From Malacoraja senta (Eukaryota): a DNA stretch of 64,000 bases. Under the pieces are notes generated by a model. That model was not told where the DNA came from, searched no databases, and saw nothing but the letters and a program-made list of their open reading frames with translations. Numbering within the stretch: position 1 is the first letter of the stretch; every line of letters begins with the position of its first letter. Positions 26,274 to 39,554 of the stretch are shown piece after piece. Position numbers and translations under genes: made by a program. The DNA is taken from the NCBI GenBank assembly GCA_038087875.1, contig CM076000.1, forward strand, positions 310,001 through 374,000. The letters run 5' to 3'.

Positions 26274-28370
26274 CGCACTGTGCCGCATGCAGATGATGCA
26301 GGTAAAATTACCAATAACACATCCAGGAATTGGTACCTGTGCATTCTTTTTCCAGTGTGTACTGGTAATTGAAGCAACAATATGTCACTGGAGCTTATGC
26401 GTTGTTCTATGAAAAATGATATAACTAGCTTGTAACATTAAAGACTTTAATAAGAAACTTATAATTACAGGTCCAACAAGTTAACAGTAAATAAAATGAT
26501 ACCACTGGAATAATTAAATCACTAAACCAACACAAATTAAATCCTTACATTAGAAACATATTAGAATTGGAAATGATATATTGTAAATTAGAAATGAATT
26601 AATAAGACATTGCCAGGACTCGAGGGCCTGAACTATTGGGGAGAGGTTGAGCAGTCTAGGATTCTGCTGGAGGTGGTAGTTGAGGCAGGTACTAGACAGG
26701 TTTAGAGGGATATATGGGCCAAACACAGGCAGGTGGGACTCGTGTAGATGGGAGATAGTGGTCGGTGTGGGCAAGTTGAAACGAAGGGCCTGTTTCCATG
26801 CTGTATGGAATGATGACATGCCAAGATGACAAAAAGACAAAAAGATAACATTTAATAGATTAATGGGTTTTATAACATTTATAACTTTCAATTGCTTTAA
26901 TTAACAACATTACAGTTACTGCACAATGTGAAAAATATGATTCTACTCTCCATTGCTGAATTTTAAGCCTCCCAGGTGCACAACTTGACAGGACTATGAT
27001 ACGAGACAAAATTATTAAACATTCATTGTGCCCCTCTGCAGAACATTACACGTTCTGGTGAACAGGGTGCATCCTCCTTAACCCAGGTGTAACCGTCACT
27101 GATATATTTAGCCTATTGGCAGGAAGTCTTCTGGCAACTGCCTGATCTGGTACCTACACTTAACCAGATTGCTGTCTTTTCCCCCAGCCAGTTGCCTCTT
27201 TCCACCCAATTGAGAGATCAGCTGACAACAGATAAACTCCATACAGGGTTGTCTTCCACTTCTGTCAGATCTCGGCTGAGATTTAATATCAGCTCTTGAA
27301 CTAATGAGAGAATCAACAGTACTTCTTATTGTCAATCATTAATTCATGATACTCCAAACTTCTGAATAACTTCCCGTCAAGATGCTTTTCGTTGCTCTTG
27401 GAAGAGAAAGGATTTTCCTGCCAGTGAGACCCAAGACCACAGTCATTTTGTTAAAATAAGTTACTTTACTAAAATTTCTCCTCTGATTCTTGCTCTAAAG
27501 TATCCATCCAGTTTCTTTTGGTTTGTTTTTATTTTGTATGATTCATCCTCAAATTGCTGAATCTCAGATATTAAATTGCACAGTCATCCTTTTACCTTTA
27601 CTCATCTGATTGCATACCGTGTACAGTGAATAAAATTTGGATAAGATGGATATACATCAAGTTTAAAATTAAAATTAAAATTACATACATACATTAAAAA
27701 AACATACATAAATTAAATCGTGCATGCTAAATACTAATTTACTAAAACTTGTTGCTGGAATTCTCAGCAGATTGCCTGTGCTCCTTGTTTGAAGGATGTA
27801 TAGATGAGATATAATGATAAAAGACATTATACAACAGAAAAGTGTTGTAGCTGACGTGACAGTAACTGGTTTGTACTTGTCTTTTTGCAAATGACTGGCG
27901 TCATTGTCCATGTTTTAACTAGTAGTGGAAAACTAGGTCGGACAAGGGCAGAATTTGGCGGCTAATTTCTTTCACTGCTTTTGCAAATGTGTAGACAATG
28001 TCAGAATTGTTCCAATTGTATAATATGAATGAGCAAGAGTAAAATCTCTGATTTTCACTGAAAGCAAGACTTATTTGCAGTCATTGAATTTTTCTTAAGG
28101 ATATGATATTTATTTGAAATAATGTGGTATAACTGATTTTCCCAATGCTTGCAGTGTACCAAGCTTTCACTTAACAGTGCTTTTCTTTTCATTTCACATT
28201 GGAAATTGAACTAGAGTTGAAACACCAACAGAATTTAATTATGGCTATTTCCCATTATGTGGTGTAATTCTTGACAACAAGTAGTTAGTTAAACGCGAGA
28301 GGAGTTTGCTGTGTAATGTGCCTCAGAGAGAAGGATACAGGAATGGTATTAAATCAGTGGAATATTTAGG

Positions 28371-28996
28371 AGGCACAGTAGTGCAGCTGGTAGAGCTGCT
28401 GCGTCACCACGCCAGAGAGATCCAGGTTTGTTCCTGACCTCAGGTTTAGTTTAGTTTAGAGATACAGCGCGGAAACAGGCCCTTCGGCCCACCGAGTCCA
28501 CACCGACCAGTGATCCCCGCACACCAACACTATCCTACACACACGAGGGACAATTTTACACATATACCAAGCCAATTAACCTGTGTACCTGTACATCTTT
28601 GGAGTGTGGGAGGAAACCGAAGATCTCGGAAAAAACCCACGAGATCACAGGGAGACCGTACAAACTCCGTACAGACAGCACCCGTGCTATCAGTGTGGAG
28701 TTTGCACATTTTCTCCGTGACCTTTGGGTGCTCCTGCTTCCTCCCACATTCAAAAGATGTGTGGGCTTATTGGCCTCTGTTAATTGGCCTCTGTTTCCAT
28801 GCTGCATCTTCCAAATCAATACGCGAGTTCGGTATTCTGAGAAACGCGAGGAATCATGGGATTTGTCAAAGGTCACTCGTGATAAACATTCTCGGGAGCT
28901 GTGCTGCTGCATGTATACTGACCTGCGTTTCATCTGTAGTCAAGATAGAACCCAGGTCTCTGGCACTGCAAGCGCTATTGAATTACTACTGTACCA
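28371..28996. mobile_element. Cluster of nested or oppositely oriented HE1 SINE pieces
   Basis: Plus head 28371-28444; minus body 28445-28685; plus body 28684-28812; minus head 28938-28996. Confidence 0.78.
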
Positions 28997-30993
28997 TCCC
29001 CGTCCCCTCCCGAGTGTCCCATCAATGTCTCGGGGCAGCCGGAGATAGCCGGGGTGACCCTGGACTGACGGGACACCGGCCCGGAGCAGTGGCGGCCCAG
29101 GCTTACAGCCAGCGCGGAGAAGAACGCTCAACTCTGCCTGTCCCGCAGGGTTAACCGACAGCCCTGAGTAGTGGAGTTGCATTTATATTATGCCTTCACA
29201 TAGCAATATATCCCAATATATTTTACAAGAGCGTTGATAATAAATATTTGCCACTAAATTTGAACAGGGATGCTAGTGCCGAGCAATGAAAAAATGGACA
29301 AGAAAATGGGATGTAAGGAAGATGTGACATCACAACTCAACTATACAAAATAGTTCTGGAAATGTTAGCAAAAATAAATTTGTTGTACTTTCCCCAGAGG
29401 GATTTAACAATTAGTTTAAATGTAACCCTTCCCTCTGCTGTTACACTGCCTGAGGAGACTAAATTGTTGAAAACCAAGTTTGAACCACAAACTGTGATCT
29501 CCATTTGGTTTTCAATCTACTGGGAGTGTTTTAGCTTTCCACAGCTATTACCACAGGTGATAAGATTTGACACTGATCCTGTTTATATCATTGACTTCAT
29601 GAAAAGACAAACTGCTGAGCTGCTATGATAAAGAAGGATTATGAGTGCAAAATACTAAATACATTTTTAGTATTAAAAATACTCAATAAACAATCATTTG
29701 GTGTGTTCTCAAACTATAACATGAACAGTGCAAGCATTTTTGTTTTAGAAAAAAAGAAAGCAGATAATATATTCACTTAGTATTATCATTTTGATCAGGT
29801 ATTTTATTTAATTCACGTTTAATCAATAATGTTTTATTATTAATGTTTAATATTTTATGTGTCATTCCTAGCTGTCACTGTATGTTGTTGTCACTTGCGG
29901 GCGGAGCACCAAGGCAAATTCCTTGTATGTGAATGGCCAATAAACTTAAACTTATTATTATGCTCATGGTTCAGTCTGTCAGAGGCCAACTCAACCATCT
30001 GGAAGCTGTTTTTTTTAAATTAGTTTCCATATAAACTCCACCTAAAAATATTGTATACTGTTATCAATTGTTCAAGGAACAAGCTGGAGAAGATTACAGC
30101 TGGAATAGTAATTGCCAAAGCATCATTATATTTTGTTTTGCTCTAGTGTATCAATGTAGCTGGTGATCAAATATTTGCTTACAGTTTCAAAGCAATAGAG
30201 TCAACAGAAGCCAGCAGATGTAACAACCTGTTAACCAACACAATTCATCAGCACCATTCACAATAGGCAGTTTTTCCCATATAAATGCATGACTCATAAT
30301 CAAAAAGCAAGGGCATAATCAGTCCATTACAGCTGTTTCTTATTGACCACTTTCAATCCGTTATAACATCTATAATAAACGGAGAAAATTGATATCAGTG
30401 CTCTAGCATAAATTATTCTGTAAAAACATGACTACAAGTCTATGGCTACATTTTGGGGAGAAATAATTAATTATCTCAGCACAAAACTCATGCAGGAAGC
30501 ATCTTTATTAAGAAATACCTGAACATGATTTATTTCTGCAGCCTGGGAAAACATTTAAAAATAAAAGAAATATATTTCAGAATTCAAGGTCAAATCCACT
30601 GTCGGTAAAATCTACTGTTATGGATACAAATACTTTTTGCATTGGCTGCCTCAAAGATCAGTTCACTTATTCCAGTTTTTTGGATATTTAAGCTAATTAA
30701 TTATTTCTTTAGATCCAACAGCAAGGTTACAAAATTTAATTCTCTGAAATCCGGTTTGAAATTCTTGGAAGGTTCAATTTTCCTCATTAATGGGATTTTG
30801 GCTAGTTTTCAAAAGATTTTAGTTTTGGTCTTTCCCAGTCCTGGTAGAATTTATTGTCAGTCGGAAGTTGCCTCTCAGCAGATGATTGAGTGTTTTTATG
30901 AATGCTTCGGACAGCAGCTAAAGATGTCCCCTTCACTACTCAGCAGGAAGCACCAACTGGATGATGTAGCAATAACTGGCGAAGAGCGATATA

Positions 30994-31260
30994 TTTAGTT
31001 TTAGTTTTTAAGATACTCAACACAGTGCAGGTCTATTGGCCCGCCGAACAGCACTAAACACTAGCGGCAATTTACAGCAGCCAATTAAACTTATGAACCC
31101 GTATGTGTTTGGAATGCGGCTGGAAACCAGAGCACCCGGTGGAAACGCGCGGTCTCAGGGAGAACGTCCAAACTCCACACAGACAGCACCCAAGGTCAGG
31201 ATTGAACCCGGTTCACTGGCGCTCTGAGGCAACAGCTCTACTGCTGCGCCATTGCGCTGC
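30994..31260 (-). mobile_element. HE1-type SINE
   Basis: Same head, V-domain and tail as 25954-26273, more diverged. Confidence 0.8.
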
Positions 31261-31710
31261 TCTTAATGTCCAAGTCAATATGGTTAGTGCCTCAAGAAGA
31301 ACTTGAAGGTGATATGCTTCCATGCACTTGCTATTGTTTTTAATTCTGGTGATAGTGGCCATGGTCCTGGACCACACTGCCAAAGAGGATAGAGCAGGAA
31401 AAAGATAACGGCTGGACGAATCTTCCAGTAAGTTGTGAAGGACGTTACTCTTACATAATGGATCTACCACTGTTTTTTTCATGGAGGGAGCAGTGGTAGG
31501 GGGGGCAACAATGGTAGGAGTAGTTTGTGTAGCCAGATGAAGTGAAATGAATGTTTTTTAAAGGGCAAGCAACATTTCCGTGTGTTTCTTCATGTGATAA
31601 GCATGACTAATCACCATAAACTGCTAGTGCTATGTTTTGCTATTTTAAGAAATGTAACTAAAATTTTAAAAAAAATGACATTGCAATGTCAGCTACGTAG
31701 CTTCATAGTT

Positions 31711-31897
31711 GTGTAGGAAAGAACTGCAGATGCTGGTTTAAATCAAAGGTAGACACAAAATGTTGGAGTAACTCAGCGGGGACAGGCTAAGTTACTCCAG
31801 CACCCTTCTTCAGACTCGACCCGAAACGTCACCCATTCCTTCTCTCCAGAGATGTTGCCTGTCCCACAGAGTTACTCCAGCATTTTGTGTCTACCTT
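31711..31897. mobile_element. Penelope pLTR-derived palindromic element
   Basis: aaggtagacacaaaatgttggagtaactc ... gagttactccagcattttgtgtctacctt inverted arms. Confidence 0.75.
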
Positions 31898-32721
31898 CGC
31901 CATAAACCGCTATCTGTGGTAATCACATAACTAAAACTGACCAGTACATCTAGATTCTACAACGCTATGTTCATATATGTGTTCACCCAGAAGTTTCAAT
32001 CCAAAGAATGGATGCCCCTGCTCTGAATGTTAGTGTTAGCTCAATCTATGGATTGCTATCAGACTGAAAAATCCCAATTAAACATTCCAGAGCCTGTGGA
32101 ATCATATGATGCACATTATGGAGAATAACTTGAAGTATGAATGGCCCTTTCAAGTGAGGTTAGGTTCAGTGTAAGATAAGTCAAGTATAACAGAATGTTT
32201 TAAATCTTGAAATAAATTATCACAGCCTGTTTGGGCAAGGACTTCAGAAGTCTTACAACAAAGTAGTGCGATTGGGAGAAGAAATCATGTTTCATCTAAG
32301 TTTTGTTTATGCGACTTTATGTCAATGAAACATAAACAGCAGCAGTAAATCAAATAATCAGATAATGTGACCATGTGATGCCACACATTTTCCTTCAAAT
32401 TTCTGTGGTAATACACTATCTCCATCACTATTTACTTACATTTGGACAGCCTTGGGAAACAAATTCAGTCACCGACTTCTCAGAGTCCCTGACATTTTCC
32501 CCATTAATTCAAGCCACCAGCTGTGTATGCCTAATTAGAAATTCAGTAGAGTAGCTTGTTTCTGATCATATGGCATAATGTTGAACTAATGCAATATATA
32601 TTTTACATTTAATGACAGGCGAGAAGAGCGGAGGGCATTATAGTAGTATTTATTATTCAGGAAACTTTGTAGCTAACATCTGACAAGATGACCCCTGATA
32701 AGGAGTCCCCAAGAATTTGCC

Positions 32722-32961
32722 CCACAGCACCAGAGACCGAGGTTCAATCCTGGCTTCGAGTGTTGTCTGTATATTCTCCATGTGCCAGCCTGGGTTTCCT
32801 CTGGGTGTTCTAGTTTCCTCCCACATCCCATAGACGTGCAGATTTTTAGGTTAATTGGACTCTTTAAATTGCCCCTAATATGTAGGATGTGGGGTGACAG
32901 AGCACTAGGGTGAACAGGTGATCAATGGTTGGCTTGGTGGGCCTGTTTCCATGCTGTATCT
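32722..32961 (+). mobile_element. HE1-type SINE (diverged)
   Basis: ccagagaccgaggttcaatcc B-box region, tttcctcccacatccc V-domain, gcctgtttccatgctgtatct tail. Confidence 0.75.
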
Positions 32962-35332
32962 ATAATCAGGAACACAAGCTCAAGTAACAATTTAAGCCGA
33001 GGTGAGATAAACAACCACACAATAATCTTTCCAGGTATGCTCATGTTTCAATTATATTTCATAATTGTTGTTCTGCTATAGATTCAACATTATCAACAAT
33101 TCTGGGCTGTATTGTGCTGGATCTTCTGATCTTTATGGTCAGCTGAATCACTGCTTCATGGTTCCAGTGCTTTGCCCAACAATGGCTCTAGTCTTTACAT
33201 GAACCTTCTGAGAGCCACAAAGGTGGCACCAGGCAGTTGCGATAACGGGAACTAACCTTTTATGAGTTTTCCCCATTATTTTCAAATAAATGTAGATACC
33301 TGATCTATTATGTCAACTGGAGGGGTTAGAAACACCATTCCAAACTATTTTGTTGCTAGTTGTCATCAGCTTGGTCACAGACACAGCCACCACCCCTTTT
33401 ATGGAAATCTAACAGTTTGGCAAAATTGTGCAGAATTTCCACTCTGCCACAGCTGCCGAATGTCCGTCTCACCCTCCAAGTCAGAATGGAAGTGTCTCTG
33501 ATTTTTTTTGATAGTCTTATTGAGGTTGTACCATAGACTTCCAGTATAAACCTGCACCACCAGACTTGAATGCCTGAGATGGGGTCTTCAGTAGATTATC
33601 CAAGGCTTCTGGTTGAGGAATACTTGGAGGGTTTTGGGAGGAACACACTCCTCGACACATTTCCTTGCGAAGTCGTGAACAACAATGACACCTTTAAAAT
33701 AATCCAAGGTCAGATGACCAGTTCAATTCAAATTATGCTTTTCCGTTTATAATCTGCAAAAGGATCAACTTCCAGTGCCAATTTCTTTAACAAAACCCAT
33801 GAAAGTCCTTTGCATCTCCACTGGTGCTGAGAGCTGATGGTAATTTCTACTGTTACTATTGTGTTAATCACATAGTATCTTGATTACCGAGTGAATCCCA
33901 GTACCCAGCCTTTACTCATCTCCAGCACTCCACCTCTTAACCTGTTCTGCCCCTGACACTCGCTGTGGCTCCTTGGTAACCCTGCATTTTTTTTGCACAA
34001 GTTTTGTGATTCAACTTTCCATAAACAAACACCAGTAGTGATTTGGCTCCACTGTGGGTCATTGCAGCAATAAGTTATAGAAGCAAAGAACTCTGGTCAC
34101 ACTGCATGAGAAATCCAGTTCTGGCCTTCTGCCAGTGCAACTTTCAGCCGTGCACTTACAACATTGTGCTGACACACAGAACCAAGGCAACCTTACTCAC
34201 TGAGGCAATTCAAACAAGATGCTATTAATAATGCAAGGCACGCTTTATTGCTATTACAAAACAAAAGATGGAACATAATTGAGTTTAAGACTGCAATAAT
34301 ATTAAATCTACCAAACGCAGGCTGCCCAACCACAAAACCCACACCTGCTTTAACCTCAGTGTCACCACATTTCAATGTATGCACCCAAAAATTGCCTATC
34401 AAAAGAATCAGAAATTTCTTTGAAGATACTTATTTTGAGATATCCCATTTTATTTCATCTAGAACAGCGGGCATCCAAATGCAGCAGCTGTCCTGAAGGA
34501 GTCAATAGAAGCTTAATTCTGCTTGTTCCCATGTCAATTATTTCCCTCAATTCCCCGTTTCATCGTTAAATGAAGCACAAGAGCACTTCACACCCTTGTG
34601 CCTTGAATGCAAGTCCTTTCATCTCCAACTGCTTGATTTAGTTTCATTTGAGACAAATGGGGTGAGATTTAAGGTACAACATAAATGCTTCTGATAAAAA
34701 GTCTCAATTGGTACAATTTCACAGTACAAAGTGGTATCATTAATGGCCATAAAATCTAAAGCACTATCAGTCGAGGTAGTGGCCCAGCATGTAGACCGCC
34801 CCAAGCTTTATCCATTGCCACTTGATGATCACAAATACAAAATGCTCGACTGTCAAAGGTAAAGCTATGGCACTGATCATAAAAGGGTGGGTAATGGAGG
34901 GAAATTACTGTCATTTCTTTGCCGCTTACAATTCCCAGTGTACTATTACTGCACTCTTCACTTGCGTAAAAAAAAAGGAATATTTTATACCACAGGAACA
35001 AAACAGCTGTGTATTATCAAAAGATTATGTCTCCGACTAGCCAGCTGGCAACCAGCAAGTTTTCCTAAGCGTTGCAGCTCCATCAGTTTACAGTAACTCA
35101 TCCAGACGCCTTCTCCTACTCTGAAGGATGGCACAGAGACTGGCTACAAGCTGAAAAATCCACCTTAAATTTGAATAAAATGTATTCAGAACAAGAAACA
35201 CAACTCTGGCTGCCTCCCACTGGCGCAGCTGGGTTTATTGCTTCGAGTCCTGACTACGCGGTCACGTCTGAACTGGATGCCCTGCTTTTTGCTACAGTCT
35301 GGAATTTTGCCAAAAAAGAAATATATTCAAAG

Positions 35333-35885
35333 TGGTAGACACAAAATGCTGGAGTAACCCAAGGGTCAGGCAGCATCTCTGGCGAAAACAAACAAGTGAC
35401 ATTTTGGGTTGAGACCCTTCTTCAGACTGAGAGTTAGGGGAGAGGGAAGCTAGAGGTATGAAGAGGTACAGAACAAATCAGAGCCAGCACCGATGACCAA
35501 GGAAAGGTGAACCCCACAATTGATTTCTCTAATTTCAAGTAACCCTTGCATTCTCTCTCTCTCTCTCTCTCCATCCCTCCCCCACCCTAGCAGGATGACT
35601 TGGGTGGGGGAGGGATGGAGAGAGAGAGAATCCAAGAGTTACTTGAAATTAGAGAAATCAACATTCATACGGCTGGGAAGTAAGCTGCCCAAACAAAATA
35701 CAAGGTGCTGTTCCTCGAACTTGTGTTTAGCCTCATTCTTGAAACGTCAGTATGGGAATGGAAAGGGGAGTTAAAATGTTTGGCAACTGGGATATGACGT
35801 AGACCAAGGTGGACTGGGCAAACATGTTCAGCGAAACAACCGTCCTGTCTGCACTTGGTCTCGCCAATATATAGGAGCCCACACT
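35333..35885 (-). mobile_element. Decayed Penelope-like element 3' fragments
   Basis: pLTR at 35333-35430, followed by sequence homologous to 58490-58735 (GIY-YIG C-terminus). Confidence 0.7.
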
Positions 35886-37206
35886 GAGATCAAGGTAGTT
35901 GTGGCTCTGCAATTGGATTTGAAGTAAAAGGTGCATTTTCCAGTCACCAATTCTTCTGGGAAGGTTGTTACGTCAACAAATTGGTTCGTAGCCAGCACTT
36001 TATAACATTTCTTGTGTCAGGTTTGCAATAAATTCCAACCTTCAATCAATTTACTTTCTTATAACCAATGTGGTACCGTCATTTTTCTTCACAAAACGTA
36101 ATACTTTAGGCAACAATAGAAAAAAATCTTAAAATAGAAAGTAAATTAACCGTCTATCCCGTGAAATAACGTGGGAGTTGAACGGGTCTGAGGAACGTGC
36201 AAGTGTCACAGTCTTGCCTGACTGATGTTGTTTACAACGCTGACAGAGGTTGAAAAGTATTGCCATTTTATAGGCAATTCATTAAAAATGGTTCAGCCAC
36301 CGCACAGTAATATTTTTGGTGTTGAATTATGTGTGGCTTGAGAGCACTAACTTGTTTAAACACTCTGATGTAGGAGACGGCGAGTGCACATAATGCAGCC
36401 ATCACACTGCCGTATAACTAAAGCACCAATATCTACGGCTTGTGTTTGTACAATACACTGAAATGGGATTTCGAAAAGTACACTGCCAAGAGAACAAAGT
36501 CACCACAAACCTAATCAATGACAGATTTAGGGAAGACAACAGCTGATATTCATGAGGTAAAGATACACGATCTAAGTCTATTGTTATCTGATTTTTTAAA
36601 AAGAATCAAGTTTGCCTTCAGCAGCAGCAGCCTCTTCTGCTTCAGTCCCCCTGGATCGAAGAGGACTTGATTCCAATTCTGCTTTTGTGGGAACTAAAAG
36701 GCTGTTCAGTCCAATATGGGAACCATAGACATCCCCAGGAGGGGTAAGACATGCCTGAAGTTTTGAGTGGGCATATGGTGAGGATTTTATATACTCCTAA
36801 TGCACATAATGTTGCAGCTTTTATAGTGCTAATAATTAAAACTCAATTTTCTGAGTATCAGAACGCAGTCCAAAAAACAGTTTTGTTCTCCTGTTCTGCA
36901 TGACCATTGCAATGTGGTTAGAGTATGGATTTTTGCTTATCTTGGCATCCTTGGGATTAAAAGAATCAAAGTTTCATTCGGCTGAGCGCACTTTGCAATT
37001 GAGCCACACTTGAATCTACAGCCCCGTCTGTGAAGCACAAGGTGCTTTCACCCTGCCCCAAGATTGTGTGTTGGAGCTGTAACAAGGGCTTGTTCATCTA
37101 CGCCAATGAAAATGTTCACTTCCTTGATTTTTTGGGTCCCTACTTGGAGTTGCCAAATTCACCACAAAAGACCAACAGCAGATGGTATTGCACCCGCTCT
37201 TCATTC

Positions 37207-38250
37207 TTAGTTTAGTTTATTGTCATGTGTACCAAGGTACAGTGAAAAGCTTTTGGTACGTGCTGACCAGGTAAAGTCCAGTAAAGTTCGATTAAAGATA
37301 GTCTGAGGGTCTCCAATGAGGGAGATAGCAGCTCATGACTGCTCACTTGGTGTTGATAGAATGGTTCAGTTGCTTGATAACAGCTGCCCCTGAACCTGGA
37401 GGTGTACGTTTCACACTTCTATACCCCTTGCCTGATGGGAGATGGGAGAAAAGGGAGTGACCAGTCATACTCATCCTTGATTATGCTGGTGGCCTTGCCG
37501 AGGCAAGTGAGGAGTAAATGGGGCCAATCTAAGGCAGGTTGGTTTGTGCTATGTTTAAGAAAGAACTGCAGATGCTGGAAAAATCGAAGGTAGACACAAA
37601 TGCTGGCGAAACGTCACCTATTCCTTCGCTCCATAGAAACTGCCTCACCCGCTGAGTTTCGCCAGCATTTTTGTCTACCTTTGGTTTGTGTGATGGTCTG
37701 GGCTGCGTCCACAATTCTCGGCAATTTCTTGTGGTCTTGGATGGAGCTGTTCCCAAACCATACATGTACCTGCCTTTGCAACTGGATCATTGACTTCCTC
37801 ATGGGCAGACCTCAGTCAACAAGGATCAGTAACAATGTCATCTCCTCATGACCATCAAAGTAGGTGCACCTCAGGGCTGCATCCTTAGTTTCCTGCTCTG
37901 CTCGCTTTACATCCATGGTTGTGCGGCTAAGCTTAGGTCCAATGCCAACTATAAATTTACCGACGACACCACTGTTGTTGGCTGAATCGTGAGTGATGAT
38001 TAAGAGCTGGTTGAGGGATGCTGCAACATCTCGCTCAACATCAGCAAAACAAAGGAACTTATTGTTGACTTCAGAAAGGGGTAGAAGTCAGGGAACCACA
38101 TGTTAGTTTTCATTGTTGGGTCAGCGGTGGAGAATGTTAGTAGCTTCAAATTCCTGTGCGATAACATCTTGGATGACCTGTCCTGGGCCCAGCATGTTGA
38201 TGTGGTCACAAAGAAGGTGCGGCAAAACCTCTCCATTTTTTAAGAGATTC
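37207..38250. mobile_element. Rex1/Babar LINE remnants (minus 3' end 37207-37765; plus RT fragment 37770-38250) with a Penelope hairpin element at 37551-37680
   Basis: Tail tttattgtcatgtgtacc; ITVWFGN-like motif; LCNWIIDFL..RPQ, GAPQGCILS, KFTDDTTVVG and LNISKTKELIVDFRK. Confidence 0.75.
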
Positions 38251-38553
38251 AACTGTTGCCTCAAGACAGTGACATCCAGGCCATACTTTCTTTTCACTGC
38301 TACTGGAGAGCAGGAGATACAGAAGCCTTGGGTCGCCCTGCACCAGGGTCAGGAACAGCCACAATTAGGAAAAAAAAGGTTCATGGTTGTGCAAGAGTTG
38401 GACCATCATGTTCCGTTGCCATGGTAGGATTAGAACCTGATAGTTGTGGGAAAGTGTCTGTTCCTGACCCTTGTGCAGGGCAACCCAAGGCTTGTGTAAT
38501 CTATGTTTGATTTACATTTTGTATGTTGTCTGATCTGTGTGCTGGTGATGCTG

Positions 38554-39554
38554 CTGAAAGCAAGATTTTCATTGTGACTCTACGGCAGCATACCTGTGCA
38601 TATGACAATAAATACATCTTGTATCCAAATATGTGCTATTTGGTTCTGTAGTTCTAGGGCTACTGGGAACTAGCTTGAACCACTATGCTCTTTGCATATG
38701 GGATCTCCTAGAAAAGTTGTTGGGTGTAGGAGGGATGAAGCAAAGGGGGACATTCAACCAAACGTACGTACAAGTCCACCAAATATTTTCCAGCAACACG
38801 TGGTCCAGCACCTCCTTTAATCCGGACAAAATTACGAGAATGCACTTGAAATCCTCCCCCCGCCCTCAGGAAGTCCCCCTGAAAATGCTCACTGCGGTCG
38901 GGGCTCTGGAACTTCGGCCCGGCTGGGGGCAGCAGATCCGTTCCCATAGCTGGCTTCCGAGGCCGATTTTGTGGGCTGGTATCTTGGCTCCTCAGCAACC
39001 TAGGCGGACTGTTCCTGTACTGTTACTGTTCGTCTATTCTCGGAGGTCGTGACCCCTGTTGGTCCAGTAAAATGGATAAACCAGAAAGGCTCTGGAACCA
39101 AGGGTTCCAGAATAACTGTCCTGGACCTGGATTACATTTCCCTGTGGATCTCACAGGGAAAGAAAGTCAATTAAAATCTGTCAGCCACCGGGATGATCCC
39201 TTGGAAGGGAAGAATCGCAGAAGGAAATAGAAGTGGCTCAATGTGTGTGCTTAAACAATATCAAAGAGATAGAGAGGCAAGCTTAACAAACAATTGAAAC
39301 AATGGCTTATTCCTTTCATACTGTTCAGCTCAAAGATATTCTTTCCACAACTGTTATTTTATTGTGTCTGATTCTGTTGTACAATGCGGCTGCAGATTTA
39401 ATGTAAGGAGAAGGTCGGATGGATGGAAAGAGGAGGGGCGGCTGTACTGCCTTTGGCAGACTTTTGCTGCATGTGGATTTGGAATTCTTAGGTCGATTAA
39501 AAAAAATTCACTTCCTTCATATTCCAATTAAGAAATGCCATTGTACCCTGCAGT
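38554..39554 (+). repeat. Local duplication, copy 1 (includes a Tigger-like MITE at about 38769-39130)
   Basis: Colinear with 41335-42208, from ctgaaagcaagattttcattgt to ttgtaccctgcagt. Confidence 0.93.

Noticed and set aside
28510..29154. 214-aa ORF
   Set aside because: Chance frame across SINE pieces and a short CpG-rich TE-like remnant; no domain motifs.
31445..31482. Possible GAB2 exon 1 donor (TAT|GTAAGA on the minus strand)
   Set aside because: The upstream frame has a stop and no similarity to the GAB N-terminus.
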